A program made the translations under genes and the position numbers. The notes under the pieces are model-generated. The model did not search any database. It had not been told where the DNA came from and saw nothing but the letters and a program-made list of their open reading frames with translations. DNA of 64,000 bases, from contig OX597825.1 in the NCBI GenBank assembly GCA_951406725.2, positions 88,970,001 through 89,034,000 of the forward strand, given 5' to 3'. Below are positions 55,301 to 64,000 of the stretch, in pieces; positions within the stretch are counted from its first letter, which is position 1, and each line of letters opens with the position of its first letter. The DNA comes from Octopus vulgaris (Eukaryota).

Positions 55301-58300
55301 AAAAAACTGAGTGAAAATATGTAAGTATTAACGGTTGGTCAAGATGAAGTGACCGGAAGAAAGAGGCTGATTGAAAGGAAGATAATAACGATGACTCAGG
55401 CGAACTAGGGTGCTCAAGTGCGCGCGAATGTGTGTGAGCGTGTATTCGTGATTTGGGCAAGTGCGTTAGTATGTATGAATAGCCGAGCTTAAAATTATGT
55501 GGGCTGGTGTGTGCGTGCACTTTGTGGAGTGATATGTGTTTCATCTATTGGTATGTATGTGTGAGTGCGTATAGACGAGTGTACATGTGTGGAGGGTTAT
55601 CATCTTTGTGTGTGTGCGTGTATGGGACTGTGTGTGTCTATGTGTACAAGTAACCTTGTATGTGCGTTGTGGGGAGGGATACGCGTTTCGTGTATCTTTG
55701 CATGCATGTGTGTGGCTATGGACGTGTGTATACATGTGTGAGGCTATCATTTGTGTGTGTATGCGTGTGTGTATGTGTGTATATGTGTGTGTTTGTAAAA
55801 CTTTTGTATTTAGCAGTTGATGTATGTTTGTTCGGGTGGTATGTGCACATGCTTGAGTTTGTATGTGTGTGTGTGTTTGTGTGAGACCCCTGGTGTACAT
55901 GTGTATTGCATATGTTTGTGTGCGAAAGTTGTATGTGCTTATGAGTGTGCGCGTGTTTGTACATTGTCTATGTTCGTGCGTGTTATGTACATTGTGCTAT
56001 TTGGAGTGAATACTGTGCTTTGGAGGAATGCATAGAAGTGTGGTGTAGGATAGCGGCGGCGAAAGTTAGGGGTCGGGAACATTGAAACAATATCTATTTG
56101 AAACCGCAGACCCAGCGACTTCCGTGTTTAATATGATACACACGCATTCATCTTACAATCCGGAAATACTGAATGCTTGAATATTACAAAAGTATATTTG
56201 CATAGATTTTGTTGGTTTTAGATGTTGGTCAGTATACAAACAGCTCTATAAGAAAATACCAAGTGTTATCGTGAAACTAGGGCACTCGAATACGCATTCA
56301 TGTGCACACAAAAACGTAACAACACACACACACACGATGCACACACATATATTTATATATCCATACACTCATTAAAATATGTACACATCCGTACACATGC
56401 ATACTTCGTATACGTATACATGCATATATATTAATGTCTGTACGTACACACACACACACACACACACACATCATACATTCACATACACCTACTTATGTAA
56501 CGTGATTTGTAGGAGTATGTTCAAAAAGGAGAGAGAGAGACTCCTAACCTTAGAATTTATCGTTCTGAATATATTGAATGGTTACACTCACAATGTTATA
56601 TGCAGGTATTAAAATTCCCGGCATTTTCACACGATTTATGCCTCCCACTGCAGCATTTTGACTAATTTTCTGACAGCGACACCTGTGCTTATGAGATGAA
56701 ACAAAATGTATTGGAGGTTTTCACTACTGCCCCATTAGATAGACGGAACAAACGAGCTATGCATTACACACACACATTCACTTTTGCAGTTTTTTTCAAT
56801 AACATTTCACGTTTCATTTAATACGATGACAAGCTGTAAAATAACACAAATCTAACAGAGAGTTCGGTAATCTCTGCCAGCCAAAACGACTTACGAGAGC
56901 CATTATTGTGATGCTACAATTACAGTTGGTCGTATCGATGCAATGCTACAAAGATTTGAATTCGTTCATTCACTCGAGAAGGAGATTTATTGGATTGCAA
57001 ACCTATATATTAATATAACATCAAAATACTTTCCAGGAGTATGGTTTTTCATGATATTTTCTGAAATACTGGAATGTAAATAATAAATCAGTCAGTATTG
57101 GTAATAAAGTAGACAAAGAAAACAGATTCTTTCTGAATATTTATTCAGTGAATGTCGTATTGGATGCAATATAAAAGCAGGTTTTGTAGCGTGAGAAACC
57201 ATATATCATTTATAAGTCATGGCATCTTCATTCATAATTGCCAGTAATAAAAGTGTCCAAACGAATTTCAAAACCTCGGAAGTTTTATAGTTAAGTGTTC
57301 TGAAAAAAAATCGATAGTATGCCTTCTACATACAAAATTAATTATATAGATGATATAAAAAAAAATTATTAGTAATTCAGAACTGAAGTTCGCCTAAGAA
57401 AGCCTGGTAGTTCTTCATAACTTGTAAACAATATTTCTCCTGCACTTGTTCAAAATGAATGCATGAGAATAAAAGGAATTCCTAGATGGAAGTAGCAGCG
57501 GCATATGTTAAGCAACTTATTGTTGGAGGTAGATAAGAGAACCACTTGAAGTAAAGTATATTCAGATGATGTGAGATTGAATAAGCAAATGCTGAAATTA
57601 TATCCAAAGACAATAAAAACACGTTCATTCTGAAAGAAAAAAAATATGACAAGATGGTTCATATAACACAAGTGAGAAGAGCAAATAGCTGTAGAAAGAG
57701 GGTACGGAAAGCTTTCCGTAAAAGAGGCTTTTGCTATTTTGTTGTCAAATATTGTTTGCCTACATTAAAGTCACATGACCCAAACTAGTTGAACTAACAT
57801 TCTCCTTCTTAAATGCGAACGTAGCGGAGAGCACGATATTTTGTTACGATGTCGGATAGAAATGGTAATATTATAAATTCTCTTTGTTTCCTATCAAAAT
57901 GTTTATTTTGCTTCTCCGTGTCTACCGTTACATTTCGAAAAAAAAAATTTCTTCCTGAAAGTCAGATTGCAGTTAAAAATCAGAGAATTGCTGGGAAGAA
58001 GCATGCATGAAAGACAGAGGCTGACTTCTTTTAGAGAATTAAATCGATGCTCTCTGGCTGAGAGCAAGAAAGTCTGAAGTTAATTCTCTCATTGAAGATG
58101 ATGATACAAGCGGTGCATGAACGTCTTCACTTTTCTGCAGAAGATGTCTTCATTTCTCTGTTCTTGTCTTTGAAGTTAAGTAGATATTTTTGTTGTCTGT
58201 CATTTATTACAAAGTGCTTTCGGAATATCTATTACCAGGCTTGACATTGTATAGAAAAATGCTTTCTCTTTGTATAAGTCATTGTTCATTCAGGGAATTT

Positions 58301-58699
58301 CGGTACGCCTGCTTCCTTTCCACCCGAACACATTGTTTACACACTTTAGATGAGTTGGGAAAGTTCCCTCGTTTAACACATATTACAGAAAGATTCTTGA
58401 ATGAATATTTTCACGGAGTTAATGAATTAAACTTTAAAAATAACAGATCATTAAATGATATCAATAACTTCCCATAAATATTTTTCAATGGATTTAACCA
58501 AATTGTCATTTAATACACATTCTTTTGATCACAATTTGAAAGTGCATTTCAATGTTGTCAGGTCTATTTTGTTGTTAAGATCTTCGTTTGATCTCGTTGT
58601 GTTGCATCATGCAAAGCTGTCTTTTACCTCATCATCAGCTGAACTCAACTTTTGGAAGTGACACTGAATAATCGGAAGCTGTGGGAAATTCATTCGGAT

Positions 58700-58860
58700 A
58701 GATGTAACTTGTAAGATAAGTTTCGCCTTGGCACATACATTTACTTGATAAATCAGCATGAGAATTACGATAATGGTACGCGTCTACCTGGAAGACACGG
58801 ACATTTACAAGTCAATATCATGATCAGGATGTTAAATTCATTCAACAACCGATTGCTCAT
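58700..58860 (+). mobile_element. Possible hAT transposase relic
   Basis: ENYDNGTRLPGRHGHLQV resembles the hAT pattern Q.YDNG.NM.G...GVQ; single motif only. Confidence 0.3.
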
Positions 58861-59714
58861 TATTACAATCAATGTATGGCCAAGTACTACTTGAGATATG
58901 ATCGCCAAAGTTCCCACCGATAAACATAGTTATACTCAGATTTATGGACACAGGAGAAATATCAGGTTTCTATCCACCCCACGACACAAAATAATTTACT
59001 CAGATCTCATGAACTCCAACATGATGAAGATATATATTTATTTATTTACAGAAATATCGTATTAATAATATTTTGTTATACAGGCAAAGTCTTAAAATTT
59101 CTCTGGATAATACTCCATTGAATAAGATATTACAGTAAAATTTTCTTTATATTGATTCTGTAAAGGCAGTAGGTAAGCCGCAATTCAGATTTGATCAAAC
59201 AAAGTAACTCCATGTAATAAGCTATATTTAACAGCATTGTGCTACAGGTTGCAGCTATTCTACCATGCACTTGATTATTAGCTAGAGAGTTAATCAATAT
59301 GGACCGCTTTGTGGTATGCATGGTAATTTTCTTGAAGAAATTTTCAGTTAACCTATAATTTATTGAAGTAGCCGAATAAATAAAACATCGATTATAGATG
59401 ATAAATAATTATACATTTTTACACAAATACATAGGTTAACTGTTCAGCAGATGACTTAAAACGTTATTTAGATATGGATTATCTTTAATACATGCCAAAT
59501 GAAGAACATCCGAACATTGCCAAAAATATACATTCCTGTCGTCCAATTCAAGGAACTTAAGATGAATTATTATCGTTATCATTAAATAAAGAGATTCTAC
59601 TAAGTGTTTAGAAACGCTCAGGCCCAATGACAACGATTAGTGTAGGTTAGGCATAAGAATATAACTTCAACATGTTTAAGAACAACTATATAACTGCATA
59701 ATATATCATATCAT

Positions 59715-59834
<120 letters not shown>

Positions 59835-60157
59835 CATGCATATGTAGGGGAGGATTTGAAAATGCAGAGATCTTTAAAAGGTGTTTATTGAATTGACCGG
59901 TTTCACATTTTTTAAAAATGATTTTCAAAAGTAAAGTGCAAGGCTTTGTGTACCCTTTGAGGTGTTAAAAATGAGTTAACATAGTTAAAATACATTAGTT
60001 AAAAAAAAACAGTGATAGAGTATTTGACAATGATACGAACATATTAAGAAATCGAATCCTTGACAATGACGAGGAAATGTTAAGAGAGACTTTGTGTTTA
60101 AACAGTTTACATAAAAGTGTTCAAAATAGGCAGTAAATTAAGTTCATAATTGTTTTT

Positions 60158-60373
60158 AAGTTCATCAGAAATCATAATTGTTTATAAGCATATGTACACA
60201 AAGAATTTGTAGACAGTATTTGATAGGAGAAAACATGTACTGCTTTGTCAAATGTTCATCAGAAATCATAATTGTTTATAAGCATATGTACAGAAAGAAT
60301 TTGTAGACAATATTTGATAGGAGAAAACATGTACTGCTTTGTCAAAAGTTCATCGGAAATCATAATTGTTTTA
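60158..60373. repeat. 94-bp tandem repeat, ~2.3 copies
   Basis: GTTCATC(A/G)GAAATCATAATTG recurs at 60160, 60254 and 60348. Confidence 0.95.
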
Positions 60374-60589
60374 AGAGAAATGGCCAACCATTTTTCTTCA
60401 TCTCCAGTCTGGAGATGTACCGATATATGTATGTAATCGATAAGTATGGAATACATATTGAAGAAAATAGCCATTACGGATTATTACAAAAGATTTTAAC
60501 ATGGATTTATATTATATTTTTTCGAAATTTTTAGCCTAAGTTTATACCAATATGCATTTATACCAATAACATTTAAAATAACACATTTA

Positions 60590-60810
60590 TCACACGATTT
60601 TAAATAGCATCTCTATCATTCGATTCGCTACACCGAAATTCATTCTTTTCTCTGATAAGTAGATGTTCTACCTAATAACGATTACTACATTTGGATTTCA
60701 CTTCGAAAAGCAATACGTTCATGAAACGATCGTAAGATATCTCAAGCCATTTTTAAATAATCTCAGTTATACTTCATATATTTATTCATTAATACAATAC
60801 TTTTTTTATA
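60590..60810 (+). mobile_element. Penelope pLTR-like repeat with hammerhead-like motif
   Basis: Homologous to 33235-33480; CTGATAA at 60652 and GAAACGATCGTA at 60723. Confidence 0.6.
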
Positions 60811-61019
60811 TTATGGATGTATCTCGAACTCTCTCGTCGAAGATGCTGTATGAATGTTCAGCGACAAGACAGAAAAGAAACCCAACCAAATAGACAATCA
60901 ATAGCACACTTAGGTTACTCTTATTTACCGGGTTTTAAAATTCATTCACATCACCTGCTGACTCTTCATGTGAGTTCTCAGGCTAGCAACAGTAATACGG
61001 AGAGGAATACAACTTATTA

Positions 61020-61530
61020 AACCAGCACGTTTACTAGTTGAAAAACTATGACGCGGATGATTCTGATTTGAAGGAACACTGTTGTTCTTTTGTTTAGTTT
61101 CCTATTTTCCCGTAACTGTTTCTGAAGAGGTACCTTTTGAATTTCGGAATGATGAAACTGGTAAACGTACCCACTCCTCCAGTCAGTACAATGTCTTGCA
61201 AGATTCCCAGTTTCTTTCCTAATATTCAGCATTTCAAATTATCGTTGAATTTGTGGTTATGCCGTAGAATTGGACGTGCATTGCGTCCTGAATTTACAAG
61301 CTGACTATAAATGATTTGTTTTCGTATTGGTCCATTATTCATGCAAAAGATGTCTCCGCAACATCGCATCTGAGGTTTGATTAGGAAAGATTCTATACTG
61401 ACTATTCCACACATTTCCAGGATAGTGATATTCTTTACTCTATCAACGCACTTTACCATACGTATTTGCCTAAAACATCTCATATAAACGCTATAGACTG
61501 ATGAGCTTGCGATAAGGCGTCCAGGTTTCT
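61020..61530 (-). mobile_element. RTE LINE C-terminal fragment
   Basis: MRCFRQI..VDRVKNITILE..SIESFL...QMRCCG....IRKQIIYSQL..GR..RP (RTE signature). Confidence 0.8.
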
Positions 61531-61534
61531 GCTT

Positions 61535-61617
<83 letters not shown>

Positions 61618-62161
61618 GCACACATATGGATACACACGTGCGCGCGCGCGCACACACATACACAGCTACACACATACATATGATATTGCAATAGAAAATA
61701 AATTCTCTTCGCAAACGAGGCATATATCATTGTTATCAGAGTGGTATCATACTCTGTAAGAATCAGATTCTAAAGAACATCACCAATCACAGATTTATGA
61801 TGTTTTACAGAGTCAACTAAATGTCTGAGTTTCTCAATATAGTTAGAAATTGATAAGAGATAGTATCTACAGAACACAGGATGTTATTCTAGACATATTT
61901 TCTAAGATGAAAAATTGATGCTGCATTATCGTTTTTGATATTTAATTTCATAATTTACGTTTATTGCCACAACATATCGAGTACAAAACAAAGAAGCTAG
62001 CGTGGCTTCCTTCTGAGAATATAAGTAAATAAGATATAGACAGGTCATACATCTTTCTCAACATTTGTTTCTTCACTATATCATTGTCAGTTTTCAGCAT
62101 ATGTAATTTGTATATAACGAAATGATCTTCATCTATAATTACTCTTACACATATCTACTCA

Positions 62162-62192
<31 letters not shown>

Positions 62193-62290
62193 TCAATATA
62201 AGCAACAGGATTTCAAGTATAATGCAGTACGACCATTTCAAGCGGTTCCATTTAAATGAACAACGGACACAATTACATATACATATATGT

Positions 62291-62327
<37 letters not shown>

Positions 62328-63376
62328 TATGTGTGTGTGTGTATTAAAGTCCTTTTTTGTATATGTATCTGTACGCATTATTTCTATACTATTACACTTA
62401 CTTATATCAGTACATATTTTCTAATATATTTAATTATGTCTATCTATTTATTATCATTATCGTATTATTCTGCTTCAAATCAATAGGTAGTATATATATA
62501 TATCTTTCCAGATATTCCATATGTAAGTGGTTTGAGTGATCTTTATAGAGACTACCGAATAACTAATTAAGTAAAGAGGAGGTATTAGATTTATTCTACA
62601 TAATAGTAATCTTCCTTTTAATGTTTATATTCGATACATACACACATTTGAGCTATTTCGGTTACGATATCATTTTCTTGCAATTTAAAAAAAATTATTT
62701 TATTTTGATACAACCTTAATAATATTGCTTATAAACGTTCCCCAATCGAGCCCCTAATATTTTTCCTGTATCTCATTATAACACCTTAAGTTTCATAGTG
62801 CATTAGTCCTTTAACTGGTAATAAATCATGAATTAACGTCAACCCTACCCTGCCACTTCTATCAAATTGACTCTTTCTAAAGCTTTGCTTCTTTTTTCTT
62901 GTGGGTAAATGGGTTACCGTTGACAATATCTATGAGCTGTCAACTCACATTTGCGCTTTATTCTAAACATACACTGTCTTCTAGCCTCAGATTTTAGTAG
63001 ATGATAAAAGGATAAGTAAATTGGAAATGGATTACAACCCTATGAACCCACTATGCGCCATGCTATTCTAAGAAATTACAGTTTTCTTAGCCATTCTTAC
63101 TACAATAACGACAACATGAATTTCTTCCATCTTGCTGTGTTAAATTATCTAAGAAAAATTATAATAATGTATCTTGTCTGTTGAACTTCCATATTTTTTT
63201 TGCAGCTGAAGATAACACTGTATTTAAGTTGAGGTAATGTTGCATTGTTTAATTAAATGGAGCCGAGCTTGAAACGTTCAAGATGTGCGCATGTCACCGG
63301 ACTGACTTTGTGCTTCTACTTAACTACCTAAATCAACTGAATTTTAATTACTTCTTATGTATGTATACATACATAT

Positions 63377-63412
<36 letters not shown>

Positions 63413-63450
63413 ACACACACACACATACACACACACATACACACACACAT

Positions 63451-63489
<39 letters not shown>

Positions 63490-63494
<5 letters not shown>

Positions 63495-63909
63495 CAATAA
63501 GGGTTTTTGCAACAAGTTGCTTAACCACATACCGAAAATTTTAGAAATAGCAGCCAAAGGACTACTATTTCCTTTTACTACAAAAACATGTCCCCACATA
63601 CAACAATATTTGTAACTTAGATATGGCAAAAAAGAAGAAAAATAATGAAATCAAACAGTCTTCGGTTAATTATGGACGTACATTTCTGGATTAGAATCAT
63701 AAGACTCATTTCTTTTATCAACAAAATATTCCGATAAATCTAGAAATGCTAGGAAAACTTACCTCCTATATTTCCGATCAAACGACATCGAAACATATAA
63801 AAGCTAATCAGCATATCCACATTTATATAGACAAGTGAATTCGGGCTGCTATTTCTAAAATTGTCGGTATGTGGTTAAGTAACTTGTTACAAAAACCCTT
63901 ATTGTTATA
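63490..63909. mobile_element. MITE-like element with 66-bp terminal inverted repeats
   Basis: 63490-63555 versus 63844-63909 reverse complement, 3 mismatches; TA context at both ends; non-coding interior. Confidence 0.8.
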
Positions 63910-64000
63910 ATAATATAAGTTTTTACCGAATATGGTCCTTTTCCATACCGAAATACTACTAGGTGAAATTTGTTGATTTTATTAACTTAATTATATTTCA

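Noticed and set aside
56600-57700. Possible mariner (FPAFSHDL) and MULE (CRCYFHL) motifs
   Set aside because: Single short matches in AT-rich DNA; could be chance.
60158-60373. CRISPR-like array (also 17247-17360)
   Set aside because: Whole units are duplicated or there are only two repeats; no unique spacers, no cas genes, eukaryotic context.

Overview
AT-rich eukaryotic genomic DNA, dense in microsatellites, with no recognisable host protein-coding exon (intergenic or deep intronic). The SINEs and the (TA)n/(CA)n/(GATA)n/(TAA)n landscape resemble coleoid cephalopod (Octopus-like) DNA; this is recognition from memory, not a database result. The window is mostly transposable-element remains: five R4/Dong-like RLE non-LTR retroelements (one young copy with an uninterrupted ~2.1 kb ORF, nested in the (TAA)n tail of an older relative), a decayed HERO-like element, two tail-to-tail CR1/L2-group LINE 3' ends in (TA)n, RTE and Penelope-like (PLE) fragments, mariner and maT/Tc1 relics, two non-autonomous Helitrons and tRNA-derived SINEs. 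The most interesting signals are: (i) several type-I hammerhead-ribozyme-like motifs, including a 233-bp foldback with a hammerhead in each arm, each damaged at a different core position; (ii) recurring short foldback elements with a one-sided extension; (iii) a perfect SINE/(TA)n palindrome fused to a 213-bp perfect inverted duplication; (iv) a LINE fragment bracketed by inverted copies of its own tail. Most ORFs in the supplied track are microsatellite or antisense artefacts.
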